Origin: Vermamoeba vermiformis
Taxonomy: Eukaryota
NCBI GenBank assembly: GCA_045837725.1
Contig: JBEWZL010000179.1
Span: 248,001 to 312,000 of the forward strand
DNA: 64,000 bases
Direction: 5' to 3'
Shown: positions 37,472-53,942 of the stretch, one piece after another
Position numbering within the stretch: the first letter of the stretch is position 1
How the letters are laid out: every line of letters begins with the position of its first letter
The notes under the pieces: model-generated
Databases searched by the model: none
The model's input: only the letters and a program-made list of their open reading frames with translations
Told to the model about the DNA's origin: nothing
Translations under genes and position numbers: made by a program

Positions 37472-39281
37472 TCACTCCTTCTTCTCAGACTCCGTAGCAG
37501 TGCTGTTCGTATTCACCGCGGAGTCCACCACAGGCTCGTCTTTGCGATCACTCTTGGGCGAAGTGACAATCACCGAGTAGGTCAGCTGCTTCTTTCTGAA
37601 GCGCGAGAATGTGTTGTCCCAGTGCAGAATGTAGTGTCCTGGTGCTACGGGCAATGAACTCTGCAGCCATGCGTGAGCGGTGATTGATGTGCACATGAAC
37701 TGTCGCTACGTACCTCAATCACATCTTCGTGTGCGTCGTACTTCTGGTGCTCGAGAATAGCTTCGCGCTGCAGAGAGGTCAGTGTCATTAACGTGCGTGC
37801 AGTCACATCGGCTGCTACTCACTGAATTGTCGTCGAGTTTGCGGAAGACAGCGAATCCAATGTTGTGGTTCTCGGTCTTGAACTGCCAGGCCAGCACCGA
37901 CTCTTCATCGACAATCTTCACCTCGTGCTCGTGCTTGTCTGTGCAGTCGTGTGAGTTGCAGTCGTAATGCTGAGTGTAATGCACATACCTTGACTGGCGA
38001 TAGTCACTTCAAATGTCTCTGAGTCCCTGTCGAAGAAGTGTCAGTTTGACACGTGTCAATCAGTGCACTACGTACTCGTCATCGCCCACAGCGCCAACGC
38101 CGCGCTTGACATCGGGGAACTTGCCACCTTTGGGCATGCAATCGCCCTCGTGCAGCTTGCAGGTGCCGCCGAGTGCTTTGGGGATCTGATCCTCGTCCAT
38201 CACTTTGAGCAGCTCGTCTTTGTAACTCGAGCCCAACACCACCACTTTCTGCAGCGTGCGCGGGTCTACGAGTGGTTTGATCATGGCGTACACGACTGTG
38301 AACAGCTTGGGTGCATTGACCACGTACATCTTGCGCAGTGACTCGGGGTAGTTGTCCTGATCGACTTTGAACAGCTTCTGCAGCACACCAATCGCAGGGC
38401 GGTACAGATGTTTCCAGCCCAGACCTTGACAGTCCTGCACGATCACTGTGCCGGGATACACTCCGCGCTCTGCAAACAACTGTGCGCGTCTGTGGTGCAC
38501 TCGTTAATACACGTGAGATATGCTGCTATTAATATGGTCGTACTTCTTTTCATCGCGCTCCACTGTGTACACGTGATAGTGCAGCAGATCTTTGTCGGGG
38601 ACAGCTTTCAACAGACCCCGCGCATCGACTTGTCCAATGCGCTCAAAATAGACTGGCCAGCCGTCCTTGGTCTGGCCGTGTGTGGCACTGGGCCAGTACT
38701 CGTTCAACACGTCGTAGAATGGATTCGTTTTGAATGTCTCCAAAATATTGTCTGCGCCGAACTCTTGTCGCCATTTCTAATATCGCGTGTTATTAACTTG
38801 ACTGACAGCGCAGTGCGGCCACAACTTACCATGGAATTAATAAACATTTCAGCTGATTTCTCGAGATCGAAGTTTCTTGCGCGCAAAAATCGAATAAATG
38901 TGTCATCGGTATGGTGCGGTTTGATATAATCTTTAACTCTCTCTTTGAATACACCAATGGCCTATGTAAATTCATTAGCCGAAGTAGGTGCACTAATTTT
39001 CCGTTAGATCCGAATGGCAATTTGACCACAAAAAGAGAAAAATATTGCCATTAATTGCTTACAGTACGCTGTGCCTCGGATATAGGCACGACATCAGGCA
39101 GTGGCTTGTCGTCTTTTTTGCTCTTTTTGTCCTTCTTTTCCTTCTTGTCCTTCTTCTCTTTGTGCTTCTTGTCCTTGTCGTGCTGCTGCTTGTCTTTTTT
39201 GCCCTTGTCTTTCTCGCCTTGACTCGACATCGAGCGCGGTGTTGTTAATTCTCCGGTCTCGCTACTTGATTTTTCCTCCAT
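37472..39281 (-). CDS. SEC14-like CRAL-TRIO plus GOLD domain lipid-binding protein, multi-exon
   Basis: RFLRARNFDLEKS, DQDNYPESL..VVNAP, GOLD blocks WQFKTENHNIGF and LHWDNTFS. Confidence 0.9.
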
Positions 39282-39663
39282 CTGATATCATTTTGCATTA
39301 TTATCACGAGCATAATTACCGCACTATATATGATTAAATTATTGCAGCAAATTTGTTACAGATGCAGCGGTTAATGAAAACACAATGTAAGTAAATTGGA
39401 AAATAGTGGCCTACCTTCTATCACTATGATACAACAAGCTATTTATATTACAATAAGATATATATTATACTGAGTGATAGATATGTGGTGTGCACGGCGT
39501 TGTTGGTTAGAAAATTGTCGGTGAAATTTGCCCTCAATTTTTATCAACTTTCTTCTAGAAGCGAACACGGAGAGCTCACCGCTCCTGTGCGCACAGTACA
39601 CCATTTGTATATATATATTTATTGCTAGTATCTGTATTATAGTATTTGGGACTGCAGACTTAA

Positions 39664-43153
<3,490 letters not shown>

Positions 43154-43252
43154 TTGTACCATAGTAGTAAATAGACTCTCTTTCCTAATTTGGTAAATCA
43201 CTATTTCCTATTTACAACGCTGCAAGTATAGTACAAGAATGAGTGGCACGTG

Positions 43253-44961
43253 TCAGTAAGTGACATCTGTGACAGCTTTGACGTGTCGCTTTGGTTTGTT
43301 TGCTTGAGGGGGCGGTGGTGGTGCCTGAGCTGACTGCTGTCGTGGTGACGCGCCGTTCACTGAATTCGGTGATGATCGCGGAGAGACATCTTGATCGGGT
43401 TGAGGTCGCGGTGACAGTTTTGGACTCACTTTGCCACCAACAGGCAATGGAGGCATAGACTGCGAGGGCGGAATTAATGGCGGAATAACCATGTCACTGA
43501 GTGGCCGCTTGACACGACCCGGTGACGCGAGACCAGTGCTCGCAGTGTCAGTGCGCGGTGAGTGACTGAGCTGAGGACTCGTGCTCGGTGTTTTGATGAG
43601 TGGCACAGAGGCACTGGTCGGGGGCAGGGTGGGCAGTGGTTTCTTTTTGGGCTGTGGACTCAACGGGGCCATGGGCTCGTTGTGAAAGATGTGCAAGTAG
43701 CCGTCAATCAGATCTGCAACAATCTCCGTGCCCGCTGCTCCTCCACCGAACAGCGTTGGTGCCCAACAAATACCCATCTATAAATCACAGGTGTGAGGTC
43801 AGTGCAGCTATTGTGAGTAGCACTTACATTGCGCGGTGTCATGCAGTTCGTGGCACTGAATTTAGACACTTCACGCAGCAACATGATAAGATTAGCGAGA
43901 ATAGTGTGATTGTCTGCACTCAGTTTGGACACTGTTGTTTTGAGGGCTTCGTAGCGGAGTTCTGGAGCTAACAATGACACGTGTCAGATACCATCAGCAG
44001 CAAATATCTCTGTTACGTACTTCCAACTTCGGCTGTTTTGTAGAGCTCAGCGCTGATTGGTCCAAAAAAAGGTTTGGTTAACTCTCGAAAATAGACTTTC
44101 AACAGTCCGGCAATGGTGTGCGGATCTGCTGTCGGCTCCAAGGTGACAGGACGTTGCGCGTCAAACTGTGTCTTGAGTGCCTTCATGTCCGTGCTGTTCG
44201 CGGAGATGCGGAACAATCCTTCTTCTTTGAGGCCATGGCGCAGCAGCCACACAATGCACTGATAAATCAGCGGCGGCAGTGTCGGATCTGGCTGCGGTGC
44301 TTGCTCTGCTTTGAGACTAGGCAGACTCGCTACTGTATTCGCGCGGGTCATTTCAGGCGCCGAACGGTTGTTGCCGGCGGCTTGATGTTTGGCGCGCAGA
44401 TCTGAGCAGAGGTCAGGTGCTATTTTTAGGTCTTAGAACTCTGTCACTTACTAACAACACTTGTTTTGGGCACTGGAGGCAATGGCTTCTGCAAAACAAA
44501 TAAGATTAATATTAAGTTAGTGGCACCTTCGAATTTATATTCGTATTCCACAAGAATTTTGTTAGAAAATTGATTCTGTCGTTGGATCCCGATAATCGTG
44601 CGACTAACCTTGGTGCTATTCCTCCTATAAAAGTCGTATGAGCATCGGTTATAGAGATCAATAAATTTGATGTGACCCAACTAGAGTCCCTTTTTTTTAA
44701 AAGTTTAAACTTACAGTGGTGCCTCCGAATTCCCTGAGTAAGCCTCGCCATTTGCTGTGTCGTATTGAGTACTATGTTAAATACTATTAGTATTAATTTG
44801 AATGACTTAGGGTTCGGCTTTGCAAAGATTTTGGCGATCAGATCGGAAAATAAATCGTATGCGTATCGATTCAATTTCGTTTATAACAATTATAATGTAA
44901 TATATGGTTGGATGTTTCATAGCAAATATTCGTGCGTGTCATCAAAGGCGCCTTACCTCAT
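43253..44961 (-). CDS. RhoGAP-domain protein with a proline-rich tail, multi-exon with micro-exons
   Basis: EEGLFRIS arginine finger, HTIAGLLKVYFREL, NCMTPRN|MGICWAPTL; start inferred from a 5-nt exon (ATGAG) and a 16-nt exon. Confidence 0.85.
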
Positions 44962-45188
44962 TCGGCTAGATGTCCGTTAAATTACAAAGGGGTATTATGG
45001 AACTAGCAATTAAATATGGCTCAGCTTAAGCACTAATATATGAGTCTTATCTTATTGCCGTTCAAGTTGCAACAGTAAACAAAGACAGTTTTCTTTTGTC
45101 TTTTATTTCTGCCCAGCGGCGCGAACGACTTCAGCTGAACTCTTGTGATAGTACTGCGTGTAGCATTAGCAACAGCGTCGATGGTACT

Positions 45189-47698
45189 ATGATTGACTAC
45201 ACCTCGTCGCAGTTGCTGTGGCCGATCGTGACCTCGATCAGCTCCGTAGCGCACCTTAATGGCCGCAACGATATTCTAGTGCCTATAATTAGTTGTTCAC
45301 TCCTATTGTTGGATCTCTTAAGGGGCTATCGAGTCATTATTAATGTAAGGAATAATTCTGTATTATTTAATGAAATTTTCAGACTGTATTGACACGCTTA
45401 AGCAGCCTATTACTGCGATTAATACATAATTATTGGCAATTAATTAATCAATTTCGATTAGAGCGGATTAATTATCACCGTGCTCATAGCGACGCTGATC
45501 GATTACAAGTACGCGCGACGTAATGTGATTCTGTTTGCGATTGCAGCACTCATATGCACCGTATTGCTATTGGACATCAATATGACCCTCAACCTGCACT
45601 TAGCCACCGAGCCAGATCCACAGCTCGCGTTGATCGTTGACGTCCTCAAGTTCTTTGTGTTCGTCATTCACTTCTTCAAGTCTGGACGCGTCTATACACT
45701 ATTCATGTGGCTGTCTACCATCCCGACGAGTACCGCACTTATCAGCTTCTTTCTGCAGCGACTGTTGGACGCATCTGAATCTGAAGTGCGCACCTTAGTG
45801 GCAGACTACTCGTTGATGACAATCAGTTACTTCTTGTTGCTCAGCGGCGTGTTGATTGACTTGGGACTCATCAACAAGTCACGCACTGACGCTGAGGGCC
45901 AATCACCCGTCAAAGAGGTCAGTTTGACACGTCAGTACGATCGATTCATATTAACGGCTATAAATAGATCACACCCTCCTCGTCCCTGCAAGTCACGCAA
46001 GAGATGTCGTCGAGTGAGGACGAGGCGTCAGACAGTGAACTCGAGACTCAGGTCACACCCACTAATGTCACGCATGCAGTGCGCGCCAAAGAAGAAGCAT
46101 TGCACGTAAGAGTGGCACATGTACTTCTGCGTCCTTATTAATGTCATATAGATTATTGTGGCCAGCTCAGACAAGGAACACAATGAACGGCTGAGCGAAA
46201 TGATTAAAACACTGGGACACTTCTCGCTCGTAGTCGAGTCTGGCGAACATTTGTTTGACATACTGCAAGGACAAACATTTGCAGCGCTGTTCGTCGACCT
46301 CAGTCTCGAGGGGGCACTGCAGCACATTGATCGCATTCGACGCAAAGAGAAGTTGCGGCTGCCACTGCGCAATTCAAAGCCTGGTGACCGCCGTCCCATG
46401 CCCATCATCGCAATGAGCAATCAACTCAGCACGCAAGAGAAAGAGGAGTGCATGCAGATGGGGCTGTAAGTCAAGTGCACTGATAAGTGTCAGGCCAAAC
46501 ACGGTGACTAACAGCGATGCAGCACGGACTACATCAGCAAGCCCGTCAAAGAATTGACACTCGACAAGATTCTGCGCGAACAAATGAGTCGCACTGAGAC
46601 ACACGAACCAGTGTCCATGGTCACTCGCTTTAAATTAGCACAAGCAACACGCGACCCTTCATCTGGCCGCAAAACAGCTCGTCAAGGCCAGCACAGTCCG
46701 AGTGTCGATTCGAATTCCGAGGCACTGCGCAAAGTGACGCAAGAGCTTGAACAGTTGCAAAAGACATTCAACTTCTTTGTGCCGCCAGAATATCAAGAGC
46801 TCATTTCACTTCACGATGGCGTGTCAAAGCTACAACTCGGTGACACGATCTGCAAGTCAATTACAGTGCTGTTCTCAGACATTCGTGACTTCACGACCAT
46901 GTCCGAGTCCATGTTCATCAACGATCTGATGGAGTTCCTCAACACTTATCTCGCTTTTGCATTGCCTCCAGTGTCCGAGCACGGTGGATTCATTGACAAG
47001 TTCATCGGCGACAGCATCATGTGTATATTTGCCAAGCCCGATCCTGCCGAACAAACACTCGGCGCTGTCAACTGTGCGGTGCGAATGATGCGCAATTTGG
47101 ACTTTATGGCTGAATCGGGCTTCAATCCCACCGAGACAGGCATTGGCATCAACACAGGCCGCACTATTGTAGGCATTCTCGGCACTGAGACGCGCATGGC
47201 CCCCACCGCTCTCGGTGACACTGTCAATCTCGCTTCTCGCACCGAGTCACTGTGCAAGCGATACGGCGCACGTATATTGATCACAGAATACACAAAAGAG
47301 AAGATGGGACCCCAGGGCGATGAGCTGTTCACCATCAGACAAGTCGATCACGTGACTGTGAAGGGCAAGAGCTCCGCGTGTCGCATGTACGAGGTGATTG
47401 ACGGCGACAGTGAAGCAATACAGGCCTTGAAGAAATCAATTCTGTCCGAATACAACAAGGGACTCGAAGCCTTTGCGCAAAAACACTTTGAACTCGCCCT
47501 AGCCTCATTCAATGTGAGTACCTTCATTAATTATGAACATTTGTAACGTGACTGACATCCTAGCAGAACTGCATCGCTATTTATCCGCAAGACAAGCCTT
47601 CGTTGCTCTACGTAGAGCGGTGTAAAGAACTTTTGGCAAAGATAGACGAGCTCGATCTTAGTCAATGGGAACCTGTATATAAACTCTCCGAAAAATAA
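45189..47698 (+). CDS. Membrane-anchored class III adenylate cyclase with a receiver domain (start codon uncertain)
   Basis: About 5-6 hydrophobic helices; receiver FVDLSL..IIAMS..DYISKP; cyclase FSDIRDFT, DKFIGDSIM, GIGINTG, TALGDTVNLASRTES. Confidence 0.88.
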
Positions 47699-47961
47699 AC
47701 CTGTACAAAGCAAATTTCCGTTTAAAACACGTGGCTTGTTTTGAAATGGCTTTGTGTCTTCTAACGGCATTGTTTATTAATTTTTTAATATAACACTTCA
47801 TGACGCATAACTCACAAGACATTTGCAAGCCCAAACTTGGTAAATAAGCGCGATCTAAATACTGCATGAATTATTACAGTCCTGTAGTTTATAATGCGAG
47901 CACCCAGTTGATTTAATTAATATGATAATTGTAGACAAATCCTCCGCACTCTCTTGAAAAG

Positions 47962-49493
47962 ATGAACAAAGAAGCAAGCGCACAAGCTCAGATGGAATTT
48001 AACCTTTCCGTCTTGCAGCGAATGGACAAAAATATTATCAGCGTATTATTTACATCAAAGCACGTGACATTATATATTTTGGACGAAGAAACTCAGGCCT
48101 GGGTAATTTTATAAATTTATTTCGTGTGAAATTTTTGTTGATCGGCCAAATTGCAGAAACGAAGAGAAGTCAAGGGTCCTCTGTTTGTAGTTGATAGAAA
48201 AACTGCACCTCTTTATCAAATCGTAGTGTTGAACCGCCTAAGCACTGAACCAAGCATTGATGACATTGTAATTAACACACAAACTGAAGATGCCGACGAG
48301 TCCTACGCCATTTATCAGAACGGCAAAGGCGAAGTTATCGGTGCATGGTTTTATGACCCCGCGGACAAGAAGCCTTTCTTAGAACTCATTTCTCGGTAAA
48401 TAATACGGAGATCAGATCTATGTCACTTTGTACTAAAAGCACTTGCAGATTGGTGAAAGAATTGACCGCAAAGCAACAACCCCAAGGCAATGTACCACAC
48501 GAGGACTTGCATCAAAAGATCACCGACAACATTATGAAGGATTTGTTTGGTCGCAAGGAGGAAGTGATGGCTCGACCTGAAGTGCCCCCACAACTACCAC
48601 AACCACAGCCACTCAATATGAATCCTCCAATGAGTTCTGTGAACGATGATTTGCGCATGTTGTTCTCGTTGCCTGGCGTGATGAATGGCCCCGCACCACC
48701 TCCCGGCCTCTCTGGACCAATGGGCATGAACATCCCTGGCATGCCAATGCCTGGACCAATGTTGCCACCTCCTCACATGCCCTTCCACTTGCCAATGAAC
48801 CCGCCCATGCCTCAACCTGGCCCTGGTCAACGTGCACAAATGACCAGCTCTTCTGGCTCCACAATGATTTCACCGCTCTTGCCTTCAGGACCAACCAATC
48901 CTCCTGGTCCTCCACTGTCTCAACAAGGTCCTCAACGACAACAACTTGTCAGCTCGGGGTCGGTGATGCCACCCATGTCTGGCTCACAGCCCCCAATGAA
49001 CGCACCCACAGCCGCAGTGTCCTCAACACAACCCTCCTTCCAACCACCGCCTGGCCTTGACATGAAAGCTCTGCCTGCGCCATCACAGTCCACGCAACAA
49101 TCCACCGCGCAAAAGAACCCTGCCAGTGAGTCCTCGACTGTCACCACTCAACCAAGCAAGAAACCCGAGCGACCACAACCAGTGCTGCCCGTGGAGACTG
49201 GCGCAACTGTACAAGACGGTCAAGCCAAACAACCCACCACACCAATCGTAAACCAGAAGACCAAGCCACTCACCCAACCACTCTTCTTCTCGCCACAAAA
49301 TGCCGCCAAGACCCTCGGCACCGCTGTTTCAGCAGTCTCCGCAGTCCCTGCAACAAATACCAATTCTTCCGCCCCCAAAGCCGCTAGTCTCACGAAGCTC
49401 CAATTGCAGCAAATGTTGACAAAACTTGTTCAAGACCCCAAGTTTATTGATTTAGTGTATACAGAGTACTTGGCGACACTTCCTCCCAAATAA
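47962..49493 (+). CDS. DCP1: mRNA decapping activator Dcp1, 3 exons
   Basis: EVH1 domain NLSVLQRMD..HVTLY..W..GPLFV..VLNRLS..GAWFY; Pro-rich linker; C-terminal trimerisation-like LTKLQLQQML..DPKFIDLVYTEY. Confidence 0.9.
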
Positions 49494-49650
49494 AATTCTT
49501 GTACATACGCACAATCAAGTGTTGTTGAAAAAATGAAACGCGTGGCAGCAAATTGAATGCTACGTCACTGCCAAATTTACTTGAAAGATTGACAACTCTG
49601 ATCATTAATAATAACAACACCACAATATTATTGTTGTTAGAACACTAAAT

Positions 49651-50479
49651 ATGAGTGTGCAAGGAAAAACGAAGGAAGAAATATTGCGGGAAAGGCGAAA
49701 ACAAAAAATTCTTGGTGGTGCGAGCGATCGATTGAACATTATAACAGGAACTCAACCAAAAATAGGTAAATAATACTTGCATTATTTTTGAAGCATTCGT
49801 TTCTTGTTAGTCGCTTGAAAGAAAATTTTAAATATTATTTACAAAAAAAGACAAAGCTGGATCTTCCGAACTACGCCTTACTCGAATATGTAATTAATCT
49901 AATAATAATCTGACGTTAGAAAAACATTCGACGGCGAATGAAGACCACACTAGTGCCGCAGAACACGTTCACACAGACCAGACACCACAAGCGCTTCAAA
50001 CAACAAACGAGGCCGCCCCTGTACCCGAGCCTACGAAGGCGCCCGTACAATCTAATGCTACAGAGTCTAGCCCCATTGAGAGGATACTTGGATCAGATCA
50101 AGGACCAGTGACAGCTGAGCAAGTCGAGAAGGCGCTCCAAACGATCGATGCAGTTACAGACTTACTCTCGCAAGGTCCTACTAAACTACAGCGCCATATA
50201 GTGACCTTCATGCTCATGCTGGTCGCGTCTTTTGCCGGAGTGTCCGAGTCGTTGCGATTGGATTACCTTGCCTTAGACAAGATGCCCTTGATGCTCATAT
50301 TCTTAACTGTTGAGCTCGGCCTCTGTTCGGTACTATTCATATTGCGAACGACAACAAGCAAGAGCAGCTTATCGGTCCTAGGCTGGATCTTCAAGTTCGC
50401 GACGCGGATTCCATACGACGCAGCAGTATTCGTTTTCTTTTTCATCCTATCGATGTCCTTGTCCCAAGTCTATGTGTAA
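49651..50479 (+). CDS. Get2/CAML-like ER tail-anchor insertase subunit, 2 exons
   Basis: N-terminal RERRKQKIL..DRLNIITG motif and three C-terminal TM segments. Confidence 0.7.
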
Positions 50480-50715
50480 ATAAACCATGTACAGCCCAAA
50501 GACGCACCGATTGCGTTTGCCCGTACCGAAAAAAATTTGACGGTCAAATTTTGAAGGTTCGATCAAAACCGCCCTGCTCTTTTATCCCTTTCCTGCCAAA
50601 TCGTCTCTTTTTTTTGTATCCTCTGCACCCAAGTAACTAATTGGACCTCAATTGCTTGCTTTGTAAATAAGATATTTATTTCGAAGCGTGCATTTATATA
50701 TAAATAAACACAGCA

Positions 50716-52131
50716 ATGGATCCCACATCAAATCCTTTTGAATTGTTGTCTGACGAGGGTCAAAAGAAACTCGTTAAGACCCAACAACCTGCCGCTGCCA
50801 AGACAGCCGACAAGAAGGCTGCTCCCGCTGGCAAGGCTACCACTGCTTCATCAGGTTTGGCTCCTAAGCCTAAGGGCACACCCGAAGCACCTGTCAAGCA
50901 AGGTAAACTCATTTTTCACTTACATATATCAATAATATAATAATAATCGATTTTTAATTGTTGTTTAACGCTTAATCGCTTCGTTGCACGTGTATCCGTG
51001 ATCGTGATATTTTTTTAAAAATCGACAATTTGTGGGGGAATATTATTTAAAAGAATGATCATATAATAATGTTGCGATCGCTTGACTACAATAACAAATT
51101 TTTCTCATTAATCGGCGATAAAAAATATCATCTCCCATCCAAATCAGATTCATAATTAATTTTTTTTCGATAAATAAAGATAAGATCACCTGCACAATAT
51201 TATTATTTACAAAATATAATATTTGATTACTGTCGACGATATATTAATATCTTTCTGTTGAATCAGGTCCCAAGAACCCCATTGCTAACCCCACTTTTGA
51301 TGACTCTGCTCCCCGCACTCAACGCGGTGGCCGTGGTGGTCGTGGCGGTCGTGGTGGCCGTGGAGGTCGTGGTTCTTCTCGCGCCGTTCAAAGTAAGTCT
51401 ATTTAGACCAAGGTCTTTGTTTGTTGGGCTCGATTGATTAACGATCGAATGTAACAGCTGGTCGCAAGAGAGAGTTCGATCACCATGTTTCTGGCACTGG
51501 TCGTCCCATCGGCGAAGAAAAGAAGGCCGGTCGCGGCAGGGGCAACTGGGGTGGCAAGACCGAAGAAGGTGTTGACGTCCAAGTTGTTGCTGACGAAGTC
51601 ACTCACAACACTGAACACAAGGAAGGCGAGACTGTCGAAGAGAACGTCGAGCAAGCCGCTGAACCCGTTGTGGAAGAGGAGCCTGACAACTCCGTGAGCT
51701 ACGCTCAATTCGAGCAACAACAACAAGAGAAGGCTGAGGCCCTCAAGAAACTCCTCGGTGGCAACCGCGAAGTTCGCAAGCCTGAGGCCTCCATCCCCAA
51801 GCAATTCACTAAGATTGAAGCTGAAGAGGATGAGGAATCTGATGACGAGTCTGGCAAGAAGTCAAAGAAGGCTGCTCAAAAGAAGGCCCCCAAGGAGGTC
51901 AGCGCTGAGCAATTGGGCTTCACTAGCCCTCCTATCGACCGTGATCGTCGTGGTGGTCGCGGTGGCCGTGGCGGTCGTGGTGGCCGTGGTGGTCGTGGCG
52001 GTGCTCGTGGTGGCAACAATAAGGGTGATGCCCCCGCTCGTGGTGGCCGTGGTGCTCGCGGTGGAAACTTCGACGCTTCTGGCAACTCCCAGAAGTACAA
52101 CGACCTCTTCCCCTCGTTGTCCGGCAAATAA
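50716..52131 (+). CDS. SERBP1/Stm1/HABP4-like RGG RNA-binding protein, 3 exons
   Basis: NPFELL start, KREFDHHVSGTGR..KKAGRGRGNWG, RGG boxes, terminal FPSL. Confidence 0.85.
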
Positions 52132-52442
52132 GAGAATCATTTCGTGGCTTGAAAGTGACCTAATCAGTAACAATTTTGCGCGGTTTATTGGTTAGGAATC
52201 ACTTTCACACGTAATGTTCTCAATTCGAGACAAAGCCGAAAGAAACAAACAACCCTTTTGCTCGCTTGTAAAGAACAAAACTAAAAAAAACTTCAAATTA
52301 CACCTTTGCCGTTTGCTTTTGAAATGACGTTTTATAAATATTTGTTACAGGTCCTTATTGGCTAGACGTTCTAATTTTACATAAATCACAACGTCACTGA
52401 CAACGGGATCATAATACATGTTACATCGGTGCGGAGGGTGGT

Positions 52443-53398
52443 TTACTTCGGGGCCTTCATTTGCTTAATCAGATCGGCGAGAGGAGCCATTTCTTTTTCC
52501 GGTACAAGGTCGTGCTCTTCAATGAAGAATAAAAAGTGCTTGAAGCTCGTGTTTAAGTGTGCTTCAGCTTGCAACTGAGCAATGTGCGTGAAGTGTTCGC
52601 AGTAAATGTGAGCATAGACTCTGAATAAACGTTTCATAATGTTTTTAACGATAGCACTGAAGTTCTTCGGGAATGCAACACCTATACGTGCCGTTGTTAA
52701 TATGTACTCGATAATAATATTACTGCGTGACTCACCAACTTGTGAAGGGAAGATCTTCTCGTCATCCAATTGCTTTTGGATCCAGGTCATCAAAAAGTCG
52801 ACGTATTCAGGGGCAGAAACTTTCATTGCTTTCTTTACTTCAACGCCATCTGCCCAGTGGTACTCGTATCTGTTGTTATTAGCATTAGTGGTGAAATAAA
52901 ATCAAGATTTCGAAACTAAGATTTTCAATTACAAAATCGGTCAATTCCCGAGAGAAGATTATTAATTCTGTTTTGAATCATACTTAGGACCCGCAGACAT
53001 TACGGGGCAAGAGGTGCTTGTGCAAAATTCGCTGATGGAGCCGTAGAGCATGTTGACTTGGTTGAAGAAATCGATTACTGTCATTTTGAAATTATTGGTC
53101 AGAAAATATTATTTAAAATATATCAAAATAAAAATAAAATAGATCATACCATTATAAGCCAACCACTCATTGATATCTTCGCCTTCAGGGCATTTAACCG
53201 CTTTTTTCAAATCTCCTGAACCCAAAGAGGCATCAGCATATTGTCCAAGCTGGTAGAACTTGTCTCCTTCTTTAATGTGCTTTTTTTTGACTGTGCCGCT
53301 CTTATTTTTGCCGACGCTGCAAATAGCCAGGTCAATGCCAGATTAAATTTTAAATAATTCAGATTTGAATACCTCAGTTGTTCTAAAAGCTTGCTCAT
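52443..53398 (-). CDS. MOB1: MOB kinase activator, multi-exon
   Basis: [64 protein letters not shown]. Confidence 0.93.
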
Positions 53399-53942
53399 GT
53401 CGTTTGCTTGTAGTTACTATTAGGGACTACTTATTAGTGTTGTAACTCGGAGGGAAATCTTGTGTAAAATGGCAATTCAAATTTTGTTACTCGTCCACCA
53501 AATCAATCAGGGCACTATTGATTGCAATTCTCATTCCGCCTCCGTCCGCATATAGTATACAGTTGGGTAATCGTATAGCTTCGGGAAGACTTTCTGTTTG
53601 ACCGAGCACACGCCAGATTTGCTCCTTCAGCAACTCAACGTAACGAGAAAAAAGAAGCAATGTACTAGTATGATCTTAACGAGTGGAGTCTATTAGTAAC
53701 TCTTGAGTATCGGTCAAACTCAACGCCGTGGACGGCAAGGTCAAAAAACCGAGAATCTTTTTCTTTCATTTTGTTTTTGACCACTCCAAAGAACAACACG
53801 AGAAGAAGTTGATAGGACTTTTTGTTTATTTATTTATTGCTTTTAATAATTATATGTCGCCGATTCCGCTGCAATAAATAGCGATTTATAGTGCATCAGA
53901 TCAAATTTTTTCAGATTAACATAAATTTTAGAAATTCAAATA

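Noticed and set aside
52155-52198. SECIS-like pattern (GTGA..AA..GA) in the 3'UTR hairpin
   Set aside because: The upstream gene ends in TAA with no in-frame TGA, and the would-be quartet is absorbed in a Watson-Crick stem.
53596-53719. 10-bp inverted repeat GTTTGACCGA/TCGGTCAAAC in the MOB1-RBBP6 spacer
   Set aside because: Too short to call a MITE or ncRNA; no target-site duplication or second copy seen.
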